This document shows positions 37,399 to 47,305 of a stretch of 64,000 nucleotides of DNA, piece by piece. Each line of letters starts with the position of its first letter. The first letter of the stretch is position 1. Below the pieces are notes generated by a model. That model saw nothing but the letters and a program-made list of their open reading frames with translations. It was not told the origin of the DNA and ran no database searches. The stretch lies in IMG/VR virus record IMGVR_UViG_3300046616_000314, positions 186,001-250,000 of that record. One strand, 5' to 3'. The position numbers and the translations under genes are program-made.

Positions 37399-37989
37399 AT
37401 GGCACTTGTTCCTATGGTTCTTGAACAAGATGGTCGCTCGGAACGTTCGTTCGACCTGTATTCCATGATGCTTCGTCAGCGCATTATCTTTTGTAATGGG
37501 CAAGTCGAAGACAACATGGCGAACCTGATTGTCGCTCAGCTTCTTTATTTGGAAAGCCAGGACGACAAGGGTGATATCCATATGTATATCAACTCTCCCG
37601 GTGGTAGCGTGACGGCTGGTTTGGCGATTGCCTCGACCATGCAATTCATCAAGCCCGACGTGGCAACGACCTGTATGGGTCTGGCGGCGTCGATGGGTTC
37701 GTTCCTGCTGGCTGCTGGTGCCAAGGGCAAACGTTCTTCGCTGAAGGACACGAGCATCATGATCCACCAACCGTCTTCGGGTATGGGTCGTTCGTCGGTT
37801 ACTGACATGGGCATCCACTTCAATGAAGTGCAGAAGACCAAGCAAAAGCTGACGCAGTATTACTCCGACTGGACTGGTCGTCCGTATGATGAACTGTTCC
37901 AGAAAATGGAGCGGGATTGCTACATGACACCGGAAGAAGCCCTGGAACTGGGCTTGATTGATAAAATCATCACCAAGCGTGGCGAATAA
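37399..37989 (+). CDS. clpP: Clp protease proteolytic subunit ClpP
   Basis: YINSPGGSV, GLAASMG, MIHQP, ERD catalytic triad. Confidence 0.97.
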   Translation: MALVPMVLEQDGRSERSFDLYSMMLRQRIIFCNGQVEDNMANLIVAQLLYLESQDDKGDIHMYINSPGGSVTAGLAIASTMQFIKPDVATTCMGLAASMGSFLLAAGAKGKRSSLKDTSIMIHQPSSGMGRSSVTDMGIHFNEVQKTKQKLTQYYSDWTGRPYDELFQKMERDCYMTPEEALELGLIDKIITKRGE

Positions 37990-38316
37990 ATACTAGGGAG
38001 AGGGGCGGCTATAAAAGCCGCCCTTTTCTTTTATTGACTTATTTTAGAATTGGATTATTTTACACATGAAGATTGCATTTTTCTCGAAAAAGAAGCAGGC
38101 GAAATTCCAAGACCTGTTGACCAAGATCGGCTCTACCGTTGTGGCTTTGGAAGAAGCGATTGCGGCACTGCCGGATGGCGAAGAAAAAACGAAACTGCTC
38201 CGCTTGGTGATTGTTCACCACGGTTGGCTGACAAAGGGCGACGTTCTGGCGGCGGGTAACTTGGGTACGGCTCGTACCGGAGGCTCCGATAAGCCTGAGT
38301 AACACGATGGGGTGAT

Positions 38317-38778
38317 ATGGGCTTTTGGGCAACCTTTTATGGATATCTAGCAGTTGCGGCGGTAGCCGTCGCGACTCTTGCTAGACTCCACAAAGGTCGC
38401 ATCTTTAACGAAGCCGTCATCGCTGCCCACTTGCTTTGGTTCGCATGGTTGTTCACGAACGCGGTTCTTGACCTTAAGAACGTTCGTGGTTCCATAGCGA
38501 ATTTCCCATATGTTGATGCTTTCACTGCCGGAATCTTCGGGGTCTTGATGACCAAGAGGTTCCGATGGTGGAAGCTTTTTCTTTGGGTCCTGCTGATCTT
38601 CCAAGTCTATTGGTGGTTCAGATTTGCATACGATTATCGGATCACTCCGCGAACGTATGTCATCGTTCAGAACATTTCGTTCGGAATTGAAGTTTGTATC
38701 GTAAAATTAGGAATTTTTGCTTCATACGCGCGTAAATATCTTGTTTTGCGCCAAAAAATGCGCTTAGTTTCCGCATAA
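38317..38778 (+). CDS. Multi-pass membrane protein
   Basis: About five hydrophobic segments. Confidence 0.6.
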   Translation: MGFWATFYGYLAVAAVAVATLARLHKGRIFNEAVIAAHLLWFAWLFTNAVLDLKNVRGSIANFPYVDAFTAGIFGVLMTKRFRWWKLFLWVLLIFQVYWWFRFAYDYRITPRTYVIVQNISFGIEVCIVKLGIFASYARKYLVLRQKMRLVSA

Positions 38779-38826
38779 GGGAACAAAACTGCGCGGTTAT
38801 CGTTAACCATCTAATCTAAATACTAG

Positions 38827-39117
38827 ATGGTGACGCTAGTGCGATTCTCAGCCGGAAGTTTAACCGCAGACCGGAATATGATTAGCCTTGATTTGAAAAA
38901 GTCAGGCTTCAACGATCTTCGCTCTGATGTCCTAAGTCGCCTTGTCGAGTTTTGGTGCATGGAAAATTGCGAAGGCGCGTGGCGAATTGAAGAGACAACT
39001 CATCGACTAACCGTATGGTTCAATATGTCACAAGACGTGGTGACGTTTATGATCAGTCGAGAGTACCTGTACTTCAAATCAAATTACTGCGAAAAGCAGT
39101 TTATGCTTGCTGATTAA
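38827..39117 (+). CDS. Late small protein, distant FKL family
   Basis: WCMENCEGAW..F...DVVTF; CTAAATA 4 nt upstream. Confidence 0.6.
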   Translation: MVTLVRFSAGSLTADRNMISLDLKKSGFNDLRSDVLSRLVEFWCMENCEGAWRIEETTHRLTVWFNMSQDVVTFMISREYLYFKSNYCEKQFMLAD

Positions 39118-39454
39118 ACAGCCACGTCATCGTTTGCCAGTCAAGAATACCGGTTAGAAATTGGTCGTGCGCCAAACGGAGCGCAACGGCATCGTCTTCC
39201 GTTTCAACGAAGACCGACGTATTGACCATGACGTGATTGGGCGCCAGGGCGACAGCCTTGGCTTTGAGCCGCCGAGACCATTCGCTCGCTTCGATGCCCG
39301 TCAGATTCTCGCGAATCTTTCGCTGGCTGTATTGCATTTCATAGCGGTGCGGCTTGCCCCGAAAGGGTTCAGAATCCATTTTCCGCAAATCTTCCAACAC
39401 CGTAGACATGCAATACTCCATAAAAGATTTCGAATTATAAAATTTTAGCTCCAA
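39101..39454 (-). CDS. Small protein, FKL-like
   Basis: ETEDDAVALRL. Confidence 0.55.
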   Translation of the reverse strand: MELKFYNSKSFMEYCMSTVLEDLRKMDSEPFRGKPHRYEMQYSQRKIRENLTGIEASEWSRRLKAKAVALAPNHVMVNTSVFVETEDDAVALRLAHDQFLTGILDWQTMTWLFNQQA

Positions 39455-39477
39455 AAGTCAAGCCATATAAATATAGT

Positions 39478-40671
39478 ATGCGCTGGCTAGAAATTATAAA
39501 TGAAGCACCAATTGCCGATTTCGGTACAGAAGGTAATTTGGATCGTTATGGCTCGTTCAGAGATTCCGATCTCAAAGCCATTCGGAATCCCAAATGGGTA
39601 GAAAAAGTTCATAGTGCATTTTCCAAGACGCCCTATGATTTCAACATCTATGTGCATAACCGTGCTTATGGGATGGTTGAAATTGATGGCAAAGCATATG
39701 ATTTGCGAAACCTAGAACATTACGCGGCGGGTAAGGTTGGCAATCAGCCCTGGTCCGTAGTTGCTGATTTCTTCCAAAAGCCAGCGAATGCCGCCAGCGC
39801 GATCACGTGTTTGCTGTTAGAAAATGAGGGTGATGAACAGTTTGCTTTCACACCCTGGATTTTGGCGCACCGATGCGCGCACGCGGCGGTGATCAATAAT
39901 ATTCAGCCCGCAACCGATTCCATGAATCCAGCGCGCGACCTTCAGGAAGATTTCTTTGCTGATTATAGATCGTTCATCGAACTGATGGATATGAAATTTT
40001 CATTTAATGATTATCCAGACTATGAACCCCGCCAAAATTTTACCTCGCAAGTATCTGCCATCGCCAAGATAGTCGGTAAAACTCGTGCGATGCGAACTGG
40101 AAATCTAGCCAATCCGGGTGAGTTTGTTATTGAAATGCTAACACAGTATTTGATCCAAGGAAAAATTACATTTAACAGACCCATTATGGACAATATTGGT
40201 TTTAGAAATCGCCCATTGATCGATGCAAAAGATCACAAATTTTATGATCTTATCTTGGACAAATATGGATGGGGTATCAATCACGACACCGATAACACTA
40301 TTTTGCAGATTGCTCGTATTCTAGTTCCAAAACCAAAATCCCGAATTATTCCACAATTCTTGGTGGTTGATAAAGACGGTGAAATTTTTGCATCTATGTC
40401 GGATGAAAAACGCGCCGCCGAATATCGCGCCAAGGGCTATACCGTTCAGGAAAAATACCCTTCGCGTCAAGCCATGACGGCTCATGCCAAATACCAAGCC
40501 GAAATAAAGCGCGTAATTGAAATGATGCATTATTGGGTAGAGGAAGGTTTGTTTGCAAAAGCCACGGCTACCGAAGACGCTGCGAAGTTTCTTGATCTAG
40601 CGGAAACAAATTTCAACCGCATGGCAAAGAAGATTTTCGATAACTGTGTTGGTAAACTTTTGATCCTGTAA
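39478..40671 (+). CDS. Late internal-head-like protein, paralog of 13980..14924
   Basis: MRWLEIINEAPIAD; TPWILAHRCAHA; TATAAATA 4 nt upstream. Confidence 0.75.
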   Translation: MRWLEIINEAPIADFGTEGNLDRYGSFRDSDLKAIRNPKWVEKVHSAFSKTPYDFNIYVHNRAYGMVEIDGKAYDLRNLEHYAAGKVGNQPWSVVADFFQKPANAASAITCLLLENEGDEQFAFTPWILAHRCAHAAVINNIQPATDSMNPARDLQEDFFADYRSFIELMDMKFSFNDYPDYEPRQNFTSQVSAIAKIVGKTRAMRTGNLANPGEFVIEMLTQYLIQGKITFNRPIMDNIGFRNRPLIDAKDHKFYDLILDKYGWGINHDTDNTILQIARILVPKPKSRIIPQFLVVDKDGEIFASMSDEKRAAEYRAKGYTVQEKYPSRQAMTAHAKYQAEIKRVIEMMHYWVEEGLFAKATATEDAAKFLDLAETNFNRMAKKIFDNCVGKLLIL

Positions 40672-40735
40672 AAATAACTTGCCGAAGTGCAAAACGGTGC
40701 TATACTGTCCTTCATAGATTTTTGGAGGCATATCC

Positions 40736-41983
40736 GTGTTTTACGAATTCCCGCACGATCTGACCATTGACGAAGTTCGCGAAGTCATCGCTCGCCACAA
40801 TGAGCGCACGGGTACCCGTGCCTTCATCGAAGCGGATCGCGGTGATTATTCGATCTTCAACTATCTGGTCGCGTTCGCGGATTCGTTCCCGACTCCGAAC
40901 ACGGGCGATGCGGCTCTCGACCGCGAATACGCGATCCTGCGCGAGTGCCGTGGTCTCACCATGTGCCGCAAGACCGGTCGCGTGCTGAATCGCAAGTATG
41001 CCAAGTTCTTCAACGTCAATGAAAAGCCGGAAACCCAAGTTGGTCTGATCGACTTTTCGCTTCCGCATGTTCTGATCGAAAAGCTCGATGGTTCGATGAT
41101 CACTCCCCTGTACACGGGTGAGCCGGATGACATCACCCCGGAGTCGCTGATCTGGTGTACCAAGATGGGTGCCACCGATGTCGCCATTCCGGTCATCGAA
41201 TTCGTGGCGCAACATCCGCATTACGCCAATTGGGCGGCAATGACCCTCGCGGCGGGTTACACCCCGATCTTTGAATGGTGCTCGCGCCAACAAAAGATCG
41301 TCGTGGATTACCCGGAAGATCGTCTGGTGCTGACGGCTATCCGTCATAACCGTACGGGCGAAATCCTCCCGTACAAGGCGTTGGAAGCGGCGGCTCGTTC
41401 GGGCATCGACATCGCACGTGTTCTGCCGGGCTCGGCGGAAAACATCGAAAAATTCATGGCTGAAGTTCAGGACATGGAAGGCGAAGAAGGCTACATCATT
41501 CGCTTTGACACTGGGCACATGCTCAAGGTCAAGGGTGCGTGGTACTGCCAACTGCACCGTTCCAAGGAAATGCTTCAGTTCGAAAAGGACGTGCTTGCGC
41601 TGATCCTTGAAGATCGTTTGGACGACGCCAAGGCGTTCATGGACGACGCTGATCGGGATCGTGTGGACCGCTACGACACCGCCCTAGCGGTCGAAATCAC
41701 CAAGACGGCTCAACGCCTCGCGGACATCGTTTCCGGGGCTCGTGAGGCTCTTGGGGGCGACAAGAAGGCGTTCGCGGTGGACTTCCTGCGCTCGCGCGAC
41801 TGGGCGCCGCATGAGACTCCGTTGCTGTTCACCCTCTGGGATGGTCACGACGCGGAACAAGCCGTTCGGACTCTGCTTGCGAAAAACGTGAGCACTCAGC
41901 CGAAGGTCGAAACCGTTCGTCACCTGATCGGCGGTCTGAATTGGAAGGACTATCGCGACTCGACCGTGAAGCTGGACGACTAG
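40736..41983 (+). CDS. RNA ligase, T4 Rnl1-like
   Basis: ECRGL, KFFN, EKLDGS, FEW, EGYII, KVKG..Y..LH. Confidence 0.92.
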   Translation: MFYEFPHDLTIDEVREVIARHNERTGTRAFIEADRGDYSIFNYLVAFADSFPTPNTGDAALDREYAILRECRGLTMCRKTGRVLNRKYAKFFNVNEKPETQVGLIDFSLPHVLIEKLDGSMITPLYTGEPDDITPESLIWCTKMGATDVAIPVIEFVAQHPHYANWAAMTLAAGYTPIFEWCSRQQKIVVDYPEDRLVLTAIRHNRTGEILPYKALEAAARSGIDIARVLPGSAENIEKFMAEVQDMEGEEGYIIRFDTGHMLKVKGAWYCQLHRSKEMLQFEKDVLALILEDRLDDAKAFMDDADRDRVDRYDTALAVEITKTAQRLADIVSGAREALGGDKKAFAVDFLRSRDWAPHETPLLFTLWDGHDAEQAVRTLLAKNVSTQPKVETVRHLIGGLNWKDYRDSTVKLDD

Positions 41984-42406
41984 TCGTGAGCTTTCGGAAC
42001 GAACTTCGATTGACGAAATCTTACCTTCAGCCACCCAAGCTGGTCGGAAACGAATTCCGTGTGGAATTGCGTGAAGACATTACTAAGTGGCTGAAGAGTA
42101 AGGGCATTCCGATCTGGTTCGAAGCCAATTTTCAGGAAATTACCGGCGGTAAGTACATAGCGGAGCATGATCACTACGCTCGCATCGACAACACGTACCT
42201 GATGTACACGTTCCAAGACCGTTTTGATAAGGTGGTCTGGAATGGTAATGGTCCTTTCGAGGATCATCGACCTAAGCCGCGCATCTATCAAGGTCGTGCC
42301 ATTCTATACTTGTACACCGACGATTATGTTATGTGGAAGTTCAAGGACTTCAAGTAACGCTTGACAGATCGAACATCTGTGATAGATTACCTTAATTGAT
42401 TATTTC

Positions 42407-42775
42407 ATGAGGTTTTTGATGTTCGATCCTAAAGCCATCGTTGCTGCGAATAATGGTCGCGCCCGCCTGCTGGCGCGCTGCATTCTCTCCGATCTGGTCG
42501 AACCGGAAAAGAACGTCGAACCTCTGATTCAGGTTCTCGTCGCTCAAGAAATGGTTGCCGAGATCAAGCGCATCAAGCGCAAGGACGGTGCCACCCGCGC
42601 CCAATCTCGCGGCGTCCGCGCCCTGGCTTGGGCTCTGCGCGAGAGTGTTGAAGCCGAAATCGCCTTCATGATCGTGGTCAACGCGATTGCCGCTGCCCCT
42701 GGTCTGAAGAAGACCGAAGAGTACGGCGCCTTTAAGGTCCAATTCGCATCGATCTTGGATGCCCTGGATGATTAA
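42407..42775 (+). CDS. Hypothetical protein
   Basis: TTGACA promoter at 42361; coding bias. Confidence 0.6.
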   Translation: MRFLMFDPKAIVAANNGRARLLARCILSDLVEPEKNVEPLIQVLVAQEMVAEIKRIKRKDGATRAQSRGVRALAWALRESVEAEIAFMIVVNAIAAAPGLKKTEEYGAFKVQFASILDALDD

Positions 42776-43127
42776 ACGGAAGCCTTGGGAAAAGCCACCG
42801 GAAGCTTCGCGGATGGATTATATTGCGCGCGAGCGGGACGATCAGCGTATCTTGCGTCATACCCGCGCACGAGTAAACGAATCTCTGGGTTTCTTAGAGG
42901 ATCGGGAATATCCAGATACCAAGATTACTGAAACTTCGGTGGTGGTGTCGTGGGGTGAAAATCCCAAGGCATATACCGATATCTTGGACATTGCTCGTGA
43001 GATCGCCAAGAAGCAAAAGCTGACCATCGTGAATTACGAAGGTAGCCAAGATGGCTTGATTGTCCGATTCCGTAACTCGGATCAAGCCACAACTTTCCGG
43101 CTGTTCTTCAAGGGCGAGTTTGCATAA
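42768..43127 (+). CDS. Small protein, FKL-like
   Basis: FRNSDQATTFRLFF. Confidence 0.6.
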   Translation: MIKRKPWEKPPEASRMDYIARERDDQRILRHTRARVNESLGFLEDREYPDTKITETSVVVSWGENPKAYTDILDIAREIAKKQKLTIVNYEGSQDGLIVRFRNSDQATTFRLFFKGEFA

Positions 43128-43537
43128 TGCCTATTGAGTTTGCAATCGGTCCACGCCATCGAGAAGCCTGCAAAGACCTTCTGCGTCAATGCAACATGGG
43201 TACATTTCTGGCTCCCCTGACCGTGGGTATGTTCTCGCACGCCAAGTTTTGCACGGCGACCGGCGGCATTGATTTCTATGACGGTTTCGCTTGGATTTCT
43301 GCGGTTGCTGTAAACGACCTAGATCGCCGCCAGGGTCACGGGTCAACCATCATCAACGCACTTTTGGACATCGCCCGCTTGGAAGGCGTCAAGGAAGTGT
43401 GGCTTGAGACCATGTTCTGGAATAAGAAATTTTATGAACCACTTGGTTTCGAACTGATCAGAATCGGTGACGTACCACCTAACATCAAGCAACGTCGTCG
43501 CGTTTCAAGATGCTGTTTTTTCGTCTTTAAACTGTGA
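43127..43537 (+). CDS. GNAT acetyltransferase
   Basis: VAV...RRQGHGS, KFYEPLGF. Confidence 0.85.
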   Translation: MPIEFAIGPRHREACKDLLRQCNMGTFLAPLTVGMFSHAKFCTATGGIDFYDGFAWISAVAVNDLDRRQGHGSTIINALLDIARLEGVKEVWLETMFWNKKFYEPLGFELIRIGDVPPNIKQRRRVSRCCFFVFKL

Positions 43538-43565
43538 ATTAAAGCGGTAGTTAATAAATAGATGT

Positions 43566-43880
43566 ATGAAGTACATCTATGTTATTTGCGAAGCTGCGTC
43601 CGCCCCGGTGAAGATTGGTTTTAGTGCTGATCCCGAGAAACGTGTCAAGCAATTACAGACAGGACATGCTAACGTGTTGACACTCTTCCACAAGGAAGAA
43701 GTGGAAGACGAGCAAGTTCGCGTACTAGAGCGCATGGTTCACAAAGCTATCCGGCATCTACGCCACACGGGCGAATGGTTCAACCTAACCCCGGAAGACG
43801 CTGTTCTGGAAATCAAGCTGGCGATCATGAAATATGGCGATGCCGCTTACGATAAAACGAGCGCGCTACTAAAAATTTAG
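43566..43880 (+). CDS. GIY-YIG T5orf172/MUG113-like protein
   Basis: YIYVI..KIGFS.DPEKR..LQTG..GEWF. Confidence 0.85.
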   Translation: MKYIYVICEAASAPVKIGFSADPEKRVKQLQTGHANVLTLFHKEEVEDEQVRVLERMVHKAIRHLRHTGEWFNLTPEDAVLEIKLAIMKYGDAAYDKTSALLKI

Positions 43881-43935
43881 CATTGCAATTTTCGTCACCC
43901 ATTGCTAATGTCCAACATCGTTAATGGGCATTTAG

Positions 43936-44352
43936 ATGTTTCGTAAATTTTTCCAGCGTTGGCGACCCCAAAAGGGCGTGTTGCCTGAAGTCGTGCCTGA
44001 CATTCCAGTTCCCATTGCCCCACCCCCTCCGGTCTATCCGCCTGAGAATTTGGTGTGCGAATATGAAATTTCGCAAACGGCGAATGGGAACTACACAGTT
44101 CGTCGGCTCGAAAACGAAGATAACGATTTCCCAGAAGCATGGATGACCTATGGCTATCAGGCTAATGAATGGTCCTCTGATTTCGGCGGCTCATACGATA
44201 CCAAATGGGTTAAAACACAATACTTTCCAACGCTTGGATACGCCCGTGAGGCGGTGATCGAAGATAACAGAGTTATGTTGCAAGTGTTGCGTGACGAAAA
44301 GAATGCAAAGAATTTTCCAAAAATTATTGAAACTGTAGGACCGCGTAAGTGA
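43936..44352 (+). CDS. Hypothetical protein
   Basis: ORF coupled (GTGA) to the next gene. Confidence 0.55.
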   Translation: MFRKFFQRWRPQKGVLPEVVPDIPVPIAPPPPVYPPENLVCEYEISQTANGNYTVRRLENEDNDFPEAWMTYGYQANEWSSDFGGSYDTKWVKTQYFPTLGYAREAVIEDNRVMLQVLRDEKNAKNFPKIIETVGPRK

Positions 44353-44903
44353 TCGATCCCTCTGACGTTATTAAGTACGACCGCACTGATAGTGAACTTC
44401 AAGAATGGTGGTTGTTTAGCATTGTGGTAGCCGGGAAGACGGCTCGCACCCAAGCTCAATTGCTAGATAATTTTTTGAACGCAATTGCTCACTACGGGGA
44501 AACACCTTTCGAAGCTATCCGTGCGGCTAATGTGGCGGGCGTCTTGGAAGATGAGCTTCGGGCGTCCCACCTGGGTCAGTACACCCGCATCATGAAATGC
44601 TTCCTGCAATCACTCGACGTTAACATTCGGGAAGCTAGCGTTGCCGAGCTAGAAACGATCCATGGCATCGGACCTAAGACCGCCCGTATGTTCGTAATGC
44701 ATAGTCGCAAGGATGCGCGTTATGCCGCGCTAGATACGCACATTCTTAAGTTTCTAGCGGACGCCGGTCATGAAGTGCCGAAGACGACACCCTCTGGTGC
44801 TAAGTACGCGCTCTTGGAAGCTGCCTTCCTAGAGTTGGCGGACGAAGCCGGGATGTCGCCTTCGGAATACGATTTGGAAATCTGGAAAAGCTACGCGAAG
44901 TAG
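44349..44903 (+). CDS. HhH-GPD DNA glycosylase-like protein
   Basis: IHGIGPKTARMF, AALDTHILK, DLEIW. Confidence 0.8.
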   Translation: MIDPSDVIKYDRTDSELQEWWLFSIVVAGKTARTQAQLLDNFLNAIAHYGETPFEAIRAANVAGVLEDELRASHLGQYTRIMKCFLQSLDVNIREASVAELETIHGIGPKTARMFVMHSRKDARYAALDTHILKFLADAGHEVPKTTPSGAKYALLEAAFLELADEAGMSPSEYDLEIWKSYAK

Positions 44904-45356
44904 CTATTCCGCCAGGACACGATAATAATCGAAGGTGTCCATGATTTCATGGAAGGTCCCGATGACTTCATCAACGAATGCATCGGGATCGCCTTCGAAC
45001 ACGTCGTCAATGTCGGCAACGTCGTAGTCCTTGAGGGTTTCGATTTCCGCCCCAAGCTGTTCAAGGATTTCGGCGATAGCCTTTCGGTCATCGTCGTTGT
45101 ACTTGGTCAGACCCGGTTCACCGGTCAGCCATTGATGCCAGCCTTCAAGACGCAAAATGGTCTTGTCCAAGGCAGTCTTCAAACGCGGAGCATCGCTCGT
45201 GGATTCGATCTGACCCTTTAGGGCGCCGAATTCCTTCATCCGGTCACTGATTTTGATGCGGAACTTCCACCCAAGACCGAACCGGCTGATGCCGTCGATA
45301 GCTGCTGCGCTAGCCATGAAAAATGCCTCCAAATAGATTGGAGGCATTTTATACAT
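44904..45356 (-). CDS. Hypothetical protein
   Basis: GGAGG SD before the internal MASAA start. Confidence 0.6.
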   Translation of the reverse strand: MYKMPPIYLEAFFMASAAAIDGISRFGLGWKFRIKISDRMKEFGALKGQIESTSDAPRLKTALDKTILRLEGWHQWLTGEPGLTKYNDDDRKAIAEILEQLGAEIETLKDYDVADIDDVFEGDPDAFVDEVIGTFHEIMDTFDYYRVLAE

Positions 45357-45374
45357 TACTCAAGTATTGTCAAA

Positions 45375-45590
45375 TCATTTGTGACGATATGCAATGCGAC
45401 CCTTGGTCAAATCATATCCGCTGATTTCAACATCAACTCTGTCACCCATGAGAACACGAATATTATTCTTTCTCATCTTTCCGCTAAGATGACACATCGC
45501 GCAAATTTTGTCGATCTGTACCTTAAACGTCGCATTGGGGAGAACGTCTACTACAACGCCTTCCAAGCGAATCATTTCTTCTTTAGCCAC
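45375..45590 (-). CDS. infA: Translation initiation factor IF-1
   Basis: LPNATFKV, SGKMRKNNIRVLMGDRV, YDLTKGRI. Confidence 0.95.
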   Translation of the reverse strand: MAKEEMIRLEGVVVDVLPNATFKVQIDKICAMCHLSGKMRKNNIRVLMGDRVDVEISGYDLTKGRIAYRHK

Positions 45591-45597
45591 GTAAAAC

Positions 45598-46413
45598 CTA
45601 AGTTCCTTTCATTAAGCTCGCAAGTCGCGAGCAATATCTTGTTATCGAGTGATCGCGCACTCCTGCACGATATAATTTATCCAAAAGGCGACTGAAGAAA
45701 CGCCCAATTGGTGTTCCGATGTTATCTTCAATTTCCCCATCGTGACCGATGTATTGTTCGGACCCGAAATGTTCATAGCCCCACCATTTTGTAGGGGTAA
45801 ACGGAACGAAGTCCCGATAATTCACCCAACGATGATAGGGAGTCGTTATTCCGGCGCCATACGCCAGATTACCGCATCTTGGCTGTCCGTATGTGAACAA
45901 CCCCGCGTAGGTCAGATCGCTTGGCTTACGAGTGGCTTCCGCCAACACCATTGCACCAAACGCCCCGCCCATGGAATGACCGCACAACCAAATTTTCTTG
46001 GTCGGAGCGGTTAATAGGCGGCTTCTAACATACGATTCGATTAGTTTCCAGATATATGACAGCCCCTTTTCGAAGCCAGAATGAACTTTACCACCATAAG
46101 CGACGGAAATCATTTTAAAAGTAAAGACTTCATTAAGATCGTCAGGACTGTGTACATTTAAGCCACGGAACGCAATAATTAGGTCATGATCGGTTTCGAA
46201 AATGAAGCCCACAAATCCAGACCCGGAAATTCTTTTTAGTGTTACGTTACCAAGACTTGAAATTAATTTTTTGGCTTCTGGTACGTCGGTGTATGCTACT
46301 GCCGAACACTCTGCGAACAATAGGCTTTGAGCCAGAAAACCCATATTCGAAATGGGTCCGGTGATCCGGCTGACTAACGTTTCGAGTTGATTTGCAACAG
46401 GCTGGCTCACCAT
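45598..46413 (-). CDS. Class 3 lipase (alpha/beta hydrolase)
   Basis: IAFRG, VHSGF, GHSMGG, TYGQPR, DFVP, DH. Confidence 0.88.
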   Translation of the reverse strand: MVSQPVANQLETLVSRITGPISNMGFLAQSLLFAECSAVAYTDVPEAKKLISSLGNVTLKRISGSGFVGFIFETDHDLIIAFRGLNVHSPDDLNEVFTFKMISVAYGGKVHSGFEKGLSYIWKLIESYVRSRLLTAPTKKIWLCGHSMGGAFGAMVLAEATRKPSDLTYAGLFTYGQPRCGNLAYGAGITTPYHRWVNYRDFVPFTPTKWWGYEHFGSEQYIGHDGEIEDNIGTPIGRFFSRLLDKLYRAGVRDHSITRYCSRLASLMKGT

Positions 46414-46687
46414 TTTATTTATCGGTTGACGTTAACCGTGAGCCGTGATTTACAGAAGCCTCGTAGTGAAATGGTGCGTGCGTAATTATGCTCAATAGCC
46501 AAGTTAGGCTGTATGAAGGTGAGTGGTTCACCGAGGGGAAAGTTGTATCCGTTCTCGATGACATTGTAATCGTTGATTACTGTGATTGGAAACAGCAATA
46601 CAAGCTTTCAGAGTTGCGCACTGAGTATATTTTTTACGTGGAAGTAATAATTCCTACCGCTCCTGGCACAACAATCGTTGATTATAG

Positions 46688-47305
46688 ATGAAAAACACCA
46701 CACATAATTCATTAATTGATCTATATAATCGTCTAATGCAGTCGAACGCAAATTATAGCGTTGGTTCCACCAAATGTGACGATGATGAAGACCTAGATTG
46801 GGGTGATGAGGACGACGAAGAGGACGACGAAGAGGATGACAATGCCACCTGTTCTACCTCCAATTCGTATAGTTCATATAACTCTACGAAGTCATTCTAT
46901 CCAACACCTGTGGCTCCTGTGACACAATCTGTGAATAACGACGACGAAGTTGCGGACGCTTATGTGTTCCTGTCCAGTCCGATTGCCAAATTGAAAAATT
47001 TGTCGTTGGACACCATTGCTGACAACATTCTCACTTACGAAATTGACGAGATCGAAAAGCGTTTCACACTGTTCGCGCACGATTCCGCTTTGCTCTCTAA
47101 GGTGTTGAATTTGTTCGAAGGCAACGAGGACGATTTCACCCTATCGTACGACTTCCGAAATTATAACGGAGAATCGGTTCTGTTAACCGAATTTACCGGG
47201 TTGAAACTCGTTTCAAATATCGTACGATACGATAGTATGGCGGATGAAAATTCGAGCCGCCGCGTTGTGTTCTCCTACTCTCACAAGACCCCCGTGAAAT
47301 CATGA
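46688..47305 (+). CDS. Acidic hypothetical protein
   Basis: Asp/Glu tract; ATGA-coupled to rIIA. Confidence 0.65.
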   Translation: MKNTTHNSLIDLYNRLMQSNANYSVGSTKCDDDEDLDWGDEDDEEDDEEDDNATCSTSNSYSSYNSTKSFYPTPVAPVTQSVNNDDEVADAYVFLSSPIAKLKNLSLDTIADNILTYEIDEIEKRFTLFAHDSALLSKVLNLFEGNEDDFTLSYDFRNYNGESVLLTEFTGLKLVSNIVRYDSMADENSSRRVVFSYSHKTPVKS

